NCBI GenBank assembly: GCA_029564765.1
Contig: JAKQPK010000029.1
Coordinates: 119-64,118, forward strand
DNA length: 64,000 nucleotides
Source: Candidatus Omnitrophota bacterium
GTDB taxonomy: Bacteria; Omnitrophota; Gorgyraeia; Zapsychrales; Aceulaceae
Reading direction: 5' to 3'
Both the position numbers and the translations under genes were made by a program. Under the pieces are notes generated by a model that was given only the letters and a program-made list of their open reading frames with translations, was not told where the DNA came from and ran no database searches. How positions within the stretch are numbered: the stretch's first letter is position 1; each line of letters starts with the position of its first letter. This document shows, one piece after another, positions 39,001-54,000 of the stretch.

Positions 39001-42000
39001 CTTGGGCTCTCAAACAACCATGGATCAGACTGGATGGTTGTTCTCGTATTCTGTCGATATTCCGCTGGAATTAGGGAACGCGATCATTAAGGAGAGCTTA
39101 GAAAATCTTTTGTTTGAGGATCTTAGCTTTACACCCGCAGAGGTCGCTATCGAGGTCACATCGTCCAGCCTTGATATCAAGCGCGTGTTCGATGAGAAAT
39201 TAAGCGCGATCTACACGACAACCAAGCCAGTTGTCGTGGATATCTCTCTGGAAGCTTTTTTGCCCGAATTAGATGACCGGGCTTGCCGTGCTTTGGGAGC
39301 GGGTGGGCTTGGATTTTTAACCGGAGAAACATGGGGAGCGTATAGCGAACTTAATAATATTTTGGCTTTTGGTGTTATGCCGCTTTACGATCTTGATAAG
39401 CAAGATCAGCAGATCGATTGGACGAGCGAGCGCAATATCCATCCTGTTATTCTGGAGAATGGAAATCCGCTTGTTATTAACGTTGTGTTTAATTCTATGA
39501 TCTATAGCGCGTCGATCTTTTGGGTCAACCGCAGAGGCACTCTTGTTTTTCTCATCCGCTGTCCAGAGATCTTTTCACGGTTATATCGCGGCGGGGATGA
39601 GCAAACGAGATATTATGGATTTTTAGCGCGTAGTTTTGTCGAATTAATGAAGCGTTTGAAGATCGCGCCCGCGCTCACTCGACTCAATGAGCCTCAACTA
39701 GTGTTTGTGGCAACAGCCATGGAAAATGATCGCGCTTGGTATCGAGATAATGGCAATGGCCACCACAGTCTTTTTGAAAAGACAAAGATCGTTATGACAA
39801 CGCATACGCCTGAAGCCGCGGCTCTTCCTTACTGGAATCGTGGTCATATTTGCCATGTGGTGGGTGAAGACCTGGTGCGATGGGAGATCGTCTTAGGTGG
39901 AAAATATGGAAATGTTGTCAATGCCGCGATCGGTTTAGCTCGTTTAGCGGATGTCATTAATGGTGTTGCGCAAGAGCATGCCGAAGTCACAAAGATCGCT
40001 GTATTGCCGGAGTTTAAAGATAAGATCGTTGGCATCGTCAATGGATCTGACCCATGGCTATGGGCTTGCGATGATCTGCGTGCACTGTTGGAACAAAAAG
40101 GCAGAGAAGACATTACTGGTGAGGATCTCTTTGCTCTTCGCCATGCGCAAAAAGAACCTTTGAATCAATACTTGGAGAAGAATTTTGGATTCTCTTTTTC
40201 TGATCCTTCAAAGCCTCTTATTGGGCTCATTCGCCGTTTAGTGGACTATAAAGAGCAAGGCATTTTGATCCCGAACTGGCAGCAGGAGTGGGATAAATTT
40301 TTGCATAAAAAGTATGCTGCCTGGATCACAGGCGATAGGGATCGTTTTTATGAAACTCCTTGGGACGCAGAAGTTCCGCTCAAGAAAGGATTGGCAGCGA
40401 ATCTTTTGGTCGGCGGAGATACTTATTACGACAACGGTGCTATCTGGGTGTCTTTATTCAAGGAAATGGCACAGGATCCTGAGCTAAAGGGTAAATTTTT
40501 ATTTGTGGAAAAAAGCGGCATTGAGATCATGAAAAAGGTTATTAACGCCACCGATGTATGGGTCAGCATGCCGCGTTGCACGCGTGAAGCCTGCGGCACC
40601 AGCGATCAGCGGGCGGCGCTTACAGGCGGATATAATATCGCGACCGCGACCGGAGGCCCTCTGGAATACATCATTCATGGAGTGAATGGATGGCTTATGG
40701 ATCCTTTCGCAGGATGGGATCTGGCGCGCGTGGTTCGAGGATTTGATTTTAAGGATCCATGGTTCGTCGGTGAATTTCAGCGGCAAGCCGCTATTCTTCT
40801 GGGCCGTTATCTTCAAGAGGCTATGGACCGTTATTATCGATATACAGAGCAAGGTGATCGCGCTTGGGTGCAAGGCCTTAAAGATTCTATGGATATTGCT
40901 TATGAAAAAGTTTCTATTCATGTCATGGCGCGCAAATACGAGCTTTTGTTTTTGAGTACTTTAAGCGGCAGAGGGGCTGAAGGCTTTAAGCAGGATATGC
41001 TGAACGTAGGTTCTTCGAACATTTCTCTTGCCGTGCGTACGCTCAAGAATTTATTTGGTATAACGATCGACTTGCAAAAACAGACCGTTAACGGTATGAC
41101 TATCAAAGATTTTCTTTTTAATCATGAGCTTTTCTGTGACTGCGCTGAGGCGGGCGAATACAAAAAGCAAGATGAGCAAAATTGGTACCTTACTTTATTG
41201 CATGACTATAACCTCGCGCGCATGTCTGTTGCGAAAGCTAAAAAATATATTTTAGCTACTGCTGAAAAGCTTGACTTAAAGGATGAAACGCAGAAAAAAC
41301 TTGATGGTTGCACAACGAAAAAGGGACAATTGTGGCATCTTTATAAATGGGCGGCGGCTGAGCAATGTTTCACAAGCCGCAAGCGCCAGCGTCAGATGAA
41401 AAAAGAATTGCTCTTTGCCAGGATCGATGTTCGCGATATCAAGCTTGAGCATCTTCCATTGTTTGTTGTTGATCGCAACGGGTATTTTCTTCAGAGTCCC
41501 GCGATGTGGCGCTGGATGACACAGCCGCAACAAGCTCCACCGGAAGAATATTTTTATGCCCGCAAGACCTCCCTTTTTCAGTATTCCCCCAAGCAGCCTC
41601 AACAACTAACACTTAAATTCCCAAGCTCTTCCGCGATCCTTGTCAAGGTCGAACATATTGCTTCCATTTGGAAATATCTTGTGGAATCGAACGCATTATC
41701 CGGCCTGTTGGCACAGTACGGACAAGGCGCGACAACGAAAAACAGCCGGAAGGCGTCTTTTAAAAAAGATCTCATGGCTCTCATCCAAGGCTATGCCACG
41801 TTGGAGCCTGAGGCTCAGGAATGCGCGCGAGAGATCACAAGGCTTTATACGGAAGATGGCAAGGTCGTTGTTGTCTACGGTCGTTATCCAAACGCATTTT
41901 TAGTGCGTATTGCGCGTATTGATTTTGTGGATTACATGACCGACGTTGCTGCAACGACATCTTTTTTCAGCCGTGATATTTCAGCTCGGGTTGATATTAT

Positions 42001-45000
42001 TCGCGATCAAAGAGAGGTTCAGAGCATTGAGCAGGAGCTTTCGGTATACGGTCAGTATCCTTATTTATATGCTTTCATGCGAAGTTTTGCGGGGTATGAT
42101 ATTTTTGATATCGAAGAAAAGATGCGACAGGCGCGTCGCGTTTATCAGATGCCTGGCACATCGGAAAAATCACGCAAAGAGATCCTTCGTTTGTTCGTTG
42201 CTCTTTTAGCTAAAGATAATATGTGGCAGATCCAGCAAAAAGCCCAGGGGATCTTAAACCATATTTTTAGCTTGCGGCCGTCAGAATTTCCATCCGCAGT
42301 TGATGTTCAGATCGTTTGCCCAGGGCAGGCAATTGACATTGAGCCTGTCGTGATCAATATTGGCTTTGATCCTTTTCGCGAAAAAAGAAAGCTCAAAGCT
42401 TTACGCGCCCAATTAGTCATTTATCAATCCAGCAATGATCGCTATGCGCATGTTGATCTCAAGGTCACAGCGCATGCGGATCATCAGGTCAGGCTCGATG
42501 TCGAGGACCGATTCCAGATCGTTGCTGACAAAGGTTATGTTCATGTAAGCGTTCGTTTAGCTCGTGGACGTAGTCAGACGTTACGATATATCGCTTTGCC
42601 GCAAGCCAATCGCACGTTCATTGTTCAGCCGGATATCTCGGGGAAGAAAATTTATCAGCTTTGGCCTAACTATGTGAACGTTTATCATAATGAAGATGGA
42701 AGCTCTCATCACCAGGGGAGCGTTGAGCGCGGCAGAGACGGCCGACCTGCCTGCGGACATTTTCAAATGGTCGAAGCTCTTTTGCCTCAGCTTAAGGCGA
42801 AAGGTTATAGCCATGTGTATGTGATGGGCGCTTATCAGCTGGAGCGTCCGGAGAATATTCAAGGCCAGGCTGGACCTGATGCATCACTGTTCTCGCCTTA
42901 CAGCTGGCGCGTAAGCCGCGAGGCGGGCGGGGAAGAAGCGTTTCGTTCAATGGTGACAAAAGCTAATGAGCTTGGGTTAGGCATTTTGGTCGATGTGATT
43001 CCGCATTTAAATCAAAACTCTCATGAGCTTCCTGAGTGGGCGACTGTCAAGGCTTATGGCCCAAATGGCCAGATCGTGCGCAGACTTGCCACGGATGGCG
43101 GTGTTAATCATGAGGACGGCAGCCCGGTGGAGTGGCATGACTCGGTGGCTCTTAATTTCCGGGATAAACGCGTTTTGGATGCCTTTGCGGCGCTGATCCT
43201 CAAATTAGCTGGGATGGGAGTTGCTGGTATCCGCGGCGATGTTTTTCATAATTATGGTAACGCGTTACCAGTATCAGAAAATCTTCAAGGGCGAGAAAAA
43301 GTTTTTGGCTATGTGACAAGCTGGCAGCGCGCGGATAGCGGCGGATTTAAGATCGTCAATCAATGGCGCAACGACCAGGCCAATCCTTTGCTCACGCATT
43401 TGGTTGCTCAGACCACCCAGCAGTACCCGCAGTTCATCTTTATTGGCGAGAACTACAGTCGCTATGAACAGTTGATCAAATCTGGCATTATCCCGATGAA
43501 TTCTGGGACTCATGACGATTTGGAAAAAGTTATCGTTAAGGACGAACCTGCTAAGCATATCTTGAATGGTCATTTCTATTGGTTGTTCAATATGTTGCCT
43601 TTTGGCGCTCAACTGGTTACTGCCTTAGAGACGCATGATTATTATCGCATTATGGATAGGTGGCAAAGTTACGGTCCACATAAGGTCAAAGCGGCTCTGT
43701 GGGCATGGCTGGCGACGATCAAGGGCGCTCTTTTGGTGTATAACGGCCAAGAAAAAGGAGAGGTCCACCGCATCCGTATTGATAACTGGAGTGAGCATAA
43801 TTATGAAGAGGCGGACCGTCAACGTTATTATGCCTTGAAAGAGTTTGAAAGGGTCAATCGCGTCACCTATGAGGATTATTGGCAGCGATTGTTCAGTTTT
43901 TACCAAGAGAACAGAGAGCTTTATAGCCGCCAAGCCAAGACCTATCTTTTTAATGTATCCCATGATCGTATTTTAGCCTTTGCGCGCTATACCAACGATC
44001 GAAATGCTATTTTCGTTATTAACACCAGCTGGCATTTAGCGCGTGTGACGATCAACTTAGCGGATATCTTTCAGGATCTAGGGATCAAGGATAGCGCCAG
44101 CAGGATCTATCGCGTTTCTGATATCGAGAGCGGTGAAGAAGAAACGTCTTCTGGTCACGGCCTTTTTGTTCATGGCATTGATGTGCGCCTGAAAGCTTAT
44201 GATGTGGCTGTTCTCAGGCTTGAGGATATCAGTGATCAGCCTGGGGCTGAAGAAAGTTTGATCAAGGATTCTTTCGCGCGCTATGAACAACAGCCTTTTT
44301 CTTATCGCACTCAGCATAATTATGCTTCGCGCTGGATGCAGCATGCTCTGAACACAAAGAACAGGGAGATGTTCGTGCAACGCTTTGCCTTTTTGGCCAA
44401 GCTGGTTGATACGGATGACCGTTATAAAGACCTTTGGCCATGTGATCTGACCATGATGATGCATGAGCTGACCGACGAAAGAACAGATGTCCGAGATTTT
44501 TCAAAAACAGTGTTGGCGAGCATTGTCGCCGCCCAACAAGATGAGAAGATCTGCGATGTAGCGGCCAAGGTTTTGCGCTGGATCGATATCGGTATCATTG
44601 TCGACATCTCTCCTGAGGTTGCGCCTTTTTCTAAGGGTGGCGGCTTAGCAAACGTTCCAGGGCAAAAGGCTGAAGAGTTCGTCCAGTCCGGCCTTAAGGT
44701 TTATATCATAAGCCCATTATATTCTTTTAGGGAAGATGAGGCGACTTTAGAGAGGACCTATGTTAAGGACGAAACGATCAGAAAATTCGATATTCGTTAC
44801 GTGAACGTTGTTCCACAGGTCTATATGGGTCGCCATGGATCTGTTCCAGCCGCTGTCGCGTATACGCGCAAAGGTGGCGTGAACTATCTTTTCTTGGATA
44901 ATCCGAACTTTTCAGATTCACTTTATGGCCAGCTACGTGGCAACACGACCGACAGATCTCAGCGCGTCACCAAGGAACATGAACAACTGCGATCGATCTT

Positions 45001-48000
45001 CCTTTCCCTTGGGGCTTTAGAAGCGATTAAGCAGATCGATGTCCATCCTTCCTTTATTGTGGGTAATGATTGGATGTGCGCTCCATTGATGGCGCATTTG
45101 AATTGTGATGCCTCTTTGTACCGTCACGACCCGCATTTTAAGAACACACAAACGATCTTCTTCGTTCATAACAATGGCCAAGATTATCAATTTAAACTTG
45201 CCCACGATCAGAATGGCGTAGAACTTTTAGATAATTTAGGATTGCCCAGAACGGATCACGCTTGGTTTCTAGATCCACATCATCCGGAATTAATGAATTT
45301 TACCGCAGCAGCCATCCGTCATGCCCGCTTTGTCGGGACCGTGAGCCCGGGCCAAATGGAAGATTTCTTAGGATCTGACAACAAGGGCGGCGGTGAGGGA
45401 TTGTGCCATTTATTTCATGAGAAAAATGACCAGGGAAGATTGTTCGCCATCACCAACGGACTTCCGTTGGAAGTTCGCCAAAAAGGTTGGCTAGGATTTT
45501 CTTTCAAGGATGTTGACCGCAGTGACCGCGTCGCTGTCAAAAGGGCTTTAGATGAAATTAAAGCTCTCCAGAAAGAGGCGCGCCAAAAGATCGCAACTGA
45601 ACATCCTGATTTCTTTCCATTTTCAAACGGCACTTCGCCTTACTTGACTGATGATGACCATCTTGTCGTCATGATGGTTACGCGCGTCACAGAGCAAAAG
45701 GGGGTTCATTATGTAGCGTCTTTCGTACGCAGGGTTATTCATTCAGGAAAAAAAGTTGTCTTTTTATTCGTTGGCGCGGGAGATCAGCGTCTCATGGATA
45801 CCCTAACAGAGGTCGCGAGGGAATTTCCAGGGCGTGTTGGCTATCCAGCCAAGTTCGTTTCGGATCAGCAACCGATCTATTATCATATGTATCTTGCTGG
45901 AGACATTTACTTAGCTTTCTCGACTTGGGAGCCGGGTGGAATTTCCCCGATGGAAGCGCTGGCGTTTATGACCGCGGTCTTAGCTTCTGATAAGCAGGGC
46001 CACAAATCAACGATCAGATCCCTTTATATAGAAGCCCTAAAAGATATTTTAGGAGTTTTTGCAGATGAACAAGGTGTGAATGGCGCGCGTTTTCCGATCG
46101 ATGACGGAAATTTTGACAATACAGTTGATAATGCTTATCAAGCATTTGAGACGCTGTTTGCAGCTTGGGAAGATCGTTTTGTCGATAGCAAGTGGGATGC
46201 GATCCTTGAAAACGCCTTTTTCTCTGACAATAGCTGGGAGAGGGTTGTCGGAGACTTTGAAGCGCTATTCAAGAATATCCGTTTTCTGGGGAGGGTATCG
46301 TCATCAATTGAAGATCGCACAAGATTGTTCTTTGATCTGCAGATGCTCAAAGACGCTTTTGATACACAGAAGATCATACAATATATCCCAGAATTCAAGG
46401 CCCTGAGTAAGAATGATTTTCGGAAAAGAGGTCATTTTAGATTCCTGTCTGTTTATAAGCATATCTATCGGGCTCTTTTTTCAGAACCAGAACGCGTGAC
46501 TGCAAGATCAAGACACGATTTTCGTCCTGAGGCTGTTATCAGGGCTGCCTTGGTTTTTCACGATATTGGCGTTGGTGAGCCTAGCAATACAGAATATGCC
46601 TATCTGGCATCCTGGAGCCCAGAGAGGGAAGAAGCGATCGCAAGACAGATGATGCCTTTCGTGGATCCACGCAGCGAGATCGCGCGCCAGCACGTTCAGT
46701 ACCTTAAGCATCCTTACATTTCTGTCGCTATCGCTGATAAATATTTAGAAAGTTTTGGGTTTTCACAACCTGAGATCATCGTTATTCGTTTTTTGATCTG
46801 GTATCATTCAGCTCTTTCAGAGTTTGTCTTGCATGGCAAACTCAAAGACCTTACTTCTTTAGATCAATTTTTGGAGGAGGCTTACGGACTTTCTGGTTGG
46901 ATGGACATTGACTTTAATGATTTGATCGACATGCTTTTGATCGTGCAGTTGCGTGATTCCTACGCGGTTGTCTCCCGCAAAGAAGATGGGATGAATGAAG
47001 CCACTGAAGAAAAGATCCGACAGCTGGCTTCTTTGATCAAAAAAGGATCTGAGGCAAGAATCCATTTAACGCAATTTTTGGACAATATCTCGCGTGAGCG
47101 CCAGAATATTTACGCTCAATATTCTTATCTGATCGACGTCATCAAGCGTAAAGCTGCGCAACAAGGACAAGACCGTATCAGCGATGAACGACTGGCAGAG
47201 ATCTTTTCCATTCTTTATCGCCTTCACGCTTTTCAGAGAAGGCGCCAACGCAAAGAAGAAGGTATCTGGCTTCCAGAGTTTTCTTACAAGCTTTATATTG
47301 AGCATGTTATTGATGTCACTACAAAGCTTGTGTTCCATTATGGTCTGACGGATGAAATATCGATCTTGGAAGCGCTATTTCATGATGTTAAGGAAGACAC
47401 GCGGTTTTCAGATACGCTGTTGCGGATCATTTTCCATCCTCATGGAAAAGGGATCGTGACCGGATTGAATGTTCTCGACAAGACGAGAAAATTTGATTTT
47501 AGCGTACTTAGTTTTTCTTCGCTGAAGAATTCTTTAAAGGAGCAGAGAGATCTCGTTTATATGGCCATGATCTTTGTTGCCGGAGAGCGAAGAGAGCAGT
47601 GCATCAAATCATGTGATGTTTTTTCTAATTTTGAGACGCTCGGCGGATTTGAGACCCCGGAAGACAAGCTTAAACAACTGAAGAAGTTTAGAACATTGCT
47701 GATGTTTCTTGTCGAAGCCTCATACTTAACTGAACAAGAAAAGATCTTGATGCTCCGCCAACACCATGTTTATATCCAGGCTGCTGAAAAAAAGGAAGTC
47801 AGCGAGCTGGTCATAAGCTTTCTGAAGAATTACACAGATGATGTGCGGTCTTATGGCAAGCGCATCCGTAACGCGAAGATTGACCTTAGCGCCCTGCACA
47901 TTTTAACAGCCCTGTATCAAATAACCACCCCCAAAGAGATACTTGTCTCAGAGACAGTTTCTGACTTGGCCCTGTTGGATCCTAAAATGCGTATTTTAGA

Positions 48001-51000
48001 ATTCCTACCGATCGTTTCGATCAGCATAACGCCTGTGATCAAGAAAATATTTGGCCATAAAGGCTTTGTGGCCATTTTGCGGGAATTCTTGCCACATATT
48101 GTTTTAAGTTATTTGCCTGATGAATTCCGTCGCGATATCAAGGCTGATGTTAAGGCGAAGGTCATTGATTCACGTATCCATATTTTTGGCCATCGCATGA
48201 TGGCACAATATATCTTTAAGTATGCGTGCGATACATATCGTAAACCCCGGCGTTCATCATCGAGTGTGTGTGATCCAAGCCGTCAAAAACTTTCAGCGGA
48301 TATCGCCCGTTGGCATGAACTGCAGAATATGCGTTCGCGGATCTTTAGTATGCGCATGCCAAGGATCGCTAAGGATATTTTGACAGCGGTTTCCTGGGTG
48401 CAAGACGCTAGAAAGCTTTTTACTGATGAGGAGATACAAAAGATCCGCCAGAACCCTATTGTCGCTTTAAAGTGGATAGGCCGAAAAGGTATTCCGTTTT
48501 ATCGGATCAATGATGCTAGAGCTGATTATTCACAGAGCATTGTGGATAGGCTTAGCGCCGAGAGCCAGATCGATAAGCTTTTTACTTCTTTTCCTGTGCG
48601 AACACAAAAATTTCTCAAGAGACGATACATAGCGAAAGGGTTTTATTTTTCTCCTGAAAGAACGGCTTTACGCTCTCAAAAGAAAGGTTCGGGCCGGGCC
48701 GACAGGATCTCTTCGAACATCACGCCGATCGTGATCGATGATGTTCTGCCGACACATGGGGACATGTATCGTTTGGCGCATCAAAGATTCGCGCAGATCA
48801 AGAAACCCTTATTTATTTTTAATGTGGATGCCCACGACGATCAGCGGGATAACAAGTTTTTAGACGCCAGCTGGGCGTTTCGGCTTGCACAGGAGAATGT
48901 CGCGTTCGTGCAACACGTTCCTTCCTATCATGATATGTGCGGTAATCGAACAGCAGAGAACTGGAATACGGATACCCCAAAGATCGTTGAGCATCAAGGC
49001 CTCATCTATGAACTCCCTAACCGGAACGCTATTCTCAATGCGTATTTGGCGCTGAAAGAAGACATCGCAGAAACTTGGGTCACGATCGATCTTGACTTTT
49101 TTTCTCTGCGGCAAGAACCTCGTCCTGATCTTCACCTTGGAATGATGATCCCCGGAAAACGTCTTTATCATCTCTCCTGGGAAGAGATTGATCGGGAATT
49201 ACTTGCCTTAACAACATTTTTTGATGAACACCACATGATGATTCACCGTGTTATTCCTTCGATGCCATCTAATACTGAGGAATATTTGAATCTTGATGAT
49301 ATGGAGCTTAGCTTTTTCGAGGAAGAAAATGATATCCGTTCGTATGAAGAGATCTTCGCGGACAAAGTCACACGCCGCATCCATGATCATTTTGGCGAGC
49401 TTTCAAGAAGGCAAATGCGCAAGATCGCCGCTCAGGCCGTTTCCTCATCCGTGAATAATATTAGCGAAGCTTTTTTATTTGGCACATGCGAAAGCGCTTC
49501 CTCAGCCAGCGCACTGACCAATTTCCAAGACGCGCAGTTCAAACGTAGTCTTGAGATGGTGCGGGCCGCTTTTGAAAAAACGGGCGACGCTAACGCTGTC
49601 TTTGATCGTTTTTATCAGTTCGTTGTTAAATTAAGATTTGAAGGTTCTTTGTTCGCGCTTCAGCTTTTCGCGCAAGGATATACCCATCAGCTTTGCCAGG
49701 AGCTTATTTCTTTTGATCGTGATAAGTTGACACCTAAAAATCAGATCTTGCAGAAAATGCTGGAAGGGTATCTGTTGAGCGAGACAGAGAATTTTATGTC
49801 TTGCTGGGACGCTTTTTTGCAAGCAGCATGGGATGCTGCTGATCAAAAAGATTTTGATCTAGGGCGCTTCTGTTTTTCCACTATGCGCGATCTTTTGCAT
49901 TCGATGGCAAAAACAAAGGACGCGGTAACGTTTGCTGTCAGGATGCAGGGGATCGTTGCCGCCTTGCAGGATGCGCGTGATAATTCTGAGATCTTTTTAG
50001 TAGTGAAGCTTATCGAAAGGCTTCGCCGATCCTTAGCAGCCGACATGGAAAAGGTGAAAAAAGGGTCAAAAAGATCGATTTCAAAGAATGAATATCAGAA
50101 TTTTGCCTTTGTCGTTGAGCTGGAGGCAGGTTTTTATGACCATAAGGAGTTCCGTGAGCTTGTGTCCTACAGCGACCAGGAAATGGCTAATTTGTATGAT
50201 ACTTTGGGGCAAACGTATCTTGCGATCGATCCTTACGCTTTTGACATGGTTGAAAAATCTGAGCGTGCGATGAATCAAGCGCTTTGGATCATTCCGGATC
50301 ACCCCCCTTATCTTATGCGCTTAGTGGATATCTATCTATGGAAGATAGGATTTTTTATCAGCGTTTTAGATTTTAATTCAGCTTATGATTACTACTGTAA
50401 AGCTTCTAAGCTCGATCGTATCGCGACCACGCATGGGGCTGTAAGCCAGATCCCAACGATAGATTTTTATTTTATGGTTTTAGAGACTTTGGATCCGCAA
50501 GGGGACAAAGAGAAGGCGCAAGAGGTCTATCGTACAATGGTGCTGCCTGCGCAAGATGCCTGTGCATTAATCGCACTGTTTCGTAGGGTCTTTCATGAGA
50601 ACATGGAAACAGCTTTGAAAGAGGAAATGATCAGGCTTTTCATGTTGTCTCTAAAGAATAACTCATTTTCTCAAGAACAGCATATCATCATATCGAAATT
50701 GCTTCGAGAGATCGATAGCGAGAGCAACCTTCTTCTCCTCGCTCGTCAGCAGATCACCCGCGCGCAGCAGATGATCGCTAAGGGACAATACGAAAAAGCC
50801 GGCCATGCTTTGATGATCGCGGTCACGTTAGGAGCTTCTCGGCGAGAGGTTCAGGAGGCTCAGGCACGCATTGATCAAATCTCGCGCTTATGGAAAAAGA
50901 TCGAAAAAGCGCAAGAAAACAAGAATGTTGAAGAAGCTTTAAGGAATGTAGAAAAGATCCTCAGTCAAAATCCCGGAGATATTTTGGCCCAGGTGAAGCG

Positions 51001-54000
51001 GCAAGAACTTAGTGCGCAGCATAAGGTGGCTTTAGAGCGTCGAGCGATCACCTCCCAGATCGAGGAATGCTTACGCAATGCGAACAATCAGGCTCAGCAT
51101 CCGGATAAGCATGACCGCGCCCAGAAGAATTTAGACAGGGTAGAGGAATTGCTGCGTGGATTCAGCGAGGGCGATGCGCAGGCATACGCAGTTCGGCTTT
51201 CGAATGTCCAAAACCTTATGGCGCAAAGCAGAAATCGCACGACAGAAAGAATAGCCAAAACAGAAAAAGAGAATAATCATAACAAGGCACCACCAGCTGT
51301 TGAAGGAGATCAAAAGAAAAACGAGCCCTCTGCCGTACAAGACCCTCTTGAAACAAAAACAATCCGTGTTTATATCACTAAAGATCTCTGGGAAGTCCTT
51401 TCCCAGTCTTCCTACGCGACGTTAAGAAAACAATTTGTTGATTCAGCCAAGGCTTTGGCTGATCGCATTCTCGCAGGGAAGCATCATTATCAGATCAAGC
51501 ATATTACCAAAGGCTACCCTGTTAACCGTATCCATGTTGGCAATATCCATCATTTTGCTTATACCGTCTCTGACGAGACGCAGTCTACAGCTCAAGCATG
51601 GCTGTTCTTTGATTACCAAAAGAGTCAGGGCAGAAAAGGGTATAAGAAGTTAGCCGATCGTGGCGCTCTTGACAATGTGTTCGCAAATCACGAGAAGATC
51701 CTTGGGGAAGCAGTGTTGGTCTATTCGACAGGCTCCAGCGCTGTCATCGCCCAAAGTAGTTCAGGTATCGAAAATATCGTCACTGTTAACGATCTCGTTC
51801 TGCAAACCCTTAAGGACTTTAAGGTTGACGAGCTAAGCTCTGATGAGTGGGCTTGTTTATTAGCTTTATCCAACGTCCTGGATGAAAACAGCTTAAAGCT
51901 TAACGGAAAAGCGTATCTTAGCCGCTTTCAAGAAAGCTTAGGGCTGTTATCTGATATCAAACCTGCTGTGGATGGAAGGCTGCTTTTTGAAGAAAAAGTG
52001 TTTTTATCTCACCCGCGTCACTTAGCGTTCTTTATTGGCGGGCCGGGAGAGATGGTCGTTGATCTTCTCTATGTAATGACCCAGGCCAAGCGCTACCAGC
52101 AGTACACAGCAACAAACCGTGAGTGGCAGATCAGTCTCGTTATCGATTTTGCTTTAGGTGCTTTTATTCACCAGAAGATCGCTGAGCAACTTCTTGAGCT
52201 GGTCGCTCAGGAACCTCTTTTGGCTGATCTGCACGCCTTTATTCAGCAAGGCAAGGTTGAAGTGATCTGGCAGGATGCTGAAAAAGAAGATCAAGGCACC
52301 TTGTCTCGATTTCTGCAGGATCTAAGCCTGAAGAAGGGAACGATCCTGGTCAAAGGATTAAAAGATATCCAATATTTAAAAAGTTTTTCAGCCCGTCGTC
52401 TGCATTTTCTGACAACGAAAAGCCGGGAAGACGCCGTTGAGACAGGCACACAGATCAACGATCTGGTTGTCGCTTATAAGCCGCGTTCTTTTCGAGGACG
52501 GCTGACTGCAGATCAGGAGACAATGCGCAGCGTGACACTCTATCACGCTTTAAAATATCTTTTTCGGTTCGTTCGCGGATATTCTCGCCGCGGGGATGGA
52601 CGAGAAAAAAAGATCATCCCTCCTGAGGAAACTTGGCTGTACCTTCTGCCCCTTGTCCTTTATTTAAAAGAAAAGCGGGAAATCGCATACCCCATCTTTT
52701 TAGAGCGCGGAAGCTTGTTGCTCATCAAGCCATGGAAAACATTGATCGCTTATCTTAAAAAGCTCGATATTATTGATTTCCATGGGGAGTACGCGACGCA
52801 ACGTATTAGCAGTTATAAGAAGGCAGGTGATCTATCCAGGATGATCAACACGATCCTCAGTAGCAGTGAAACGCGTCAAGAGATCATTGGAGCGCGATGG
52901 CGCGGGGTCTGGAGCGCGTATCAAAGCCTGAGCGCTGATCAGCAAAAGATCATCGAAGAACATTTGCGCAAGGTCACAGGGGATATGCAGATGACATTTA
53001 AGGGCCTGGAAGGCAAAAGCGTTGGCGAGATCGTTTCTTTGATCGCTGAAGCAGGTATGGATCAGCGCTATCAAAGGTTTTCTTTTAAGCAAAGTTTATC
53101 GAAAAAAAGATGGGACGCGAACGCAGAAGATATCAAACGTATCCAAGAACAGGATCCATCGCTGGCTGAGCAGATCAGCCTTTTGATATCTTATCGTAAA
53201 GAAAGCTCGGTGAAGTTTTTGGCGAAGATCAAAGAGGTTTTCACGAAATACGACGCGCAGGTGGCCACCGATATGCGCAGAAATACCCAGCACGTTGCCC
53301 GTCCGATCCTGAACATTTTATTGTCAGGAACAAAGTTCTCGCAGCTTTTAAGATCGCGCCAAGTTGTCTTTATCGATGAGGCTTTGGCAGGGGGCGCGAC
53401 CGTGATCACTTGTGAATTGATTGCCAAAAGCTTTGATGGTAACAATGAATTTCAGTTCGCGGCCATTGACGCTTGGGACGCGACGCGATCTCCGCGCTCG
53501 ATCGTGGACATTCTTGTGACATCGGACTCCATGATCGAAGAAGATGCGCCAGAAAAACTAGGTGTTTTTGCGTATGTCACAGAAAAGATCTCAAATATTG
53601 AGAGATATAAGCAGATCAACATTGAAGGCATGATACAAGATCTGTCTCGCGCGTATACGACTTCCCGCGGCCATTTGGCAGACGAACGCCTAGAAGATGC
53701 TTTAGATAAAGATTATTTTAGCCAGAAAAAATTACGTGAAGTTAACGCCAAGATCCAGTCGTTCGTTCATGCACATTTAAAGGATCTTTTTTCTGAAGAT
53801 TATAACGAAAAAGTTCTTGTAGCCCTTGTTAAGCATTATTTGCGTAAGCATGATGTTTCCAAGGTGTATTTTGAAGAATATATGGCTCCTCGAGGATGGG
53901 AATATTTGCTCGCGGAAGAATTTAAGGCAAAAAACGAACAAGCTTATAACATTCTTCGAAGCCTTGATCAACAAGAAGACCTAGGATTAGAGGATGTCCG

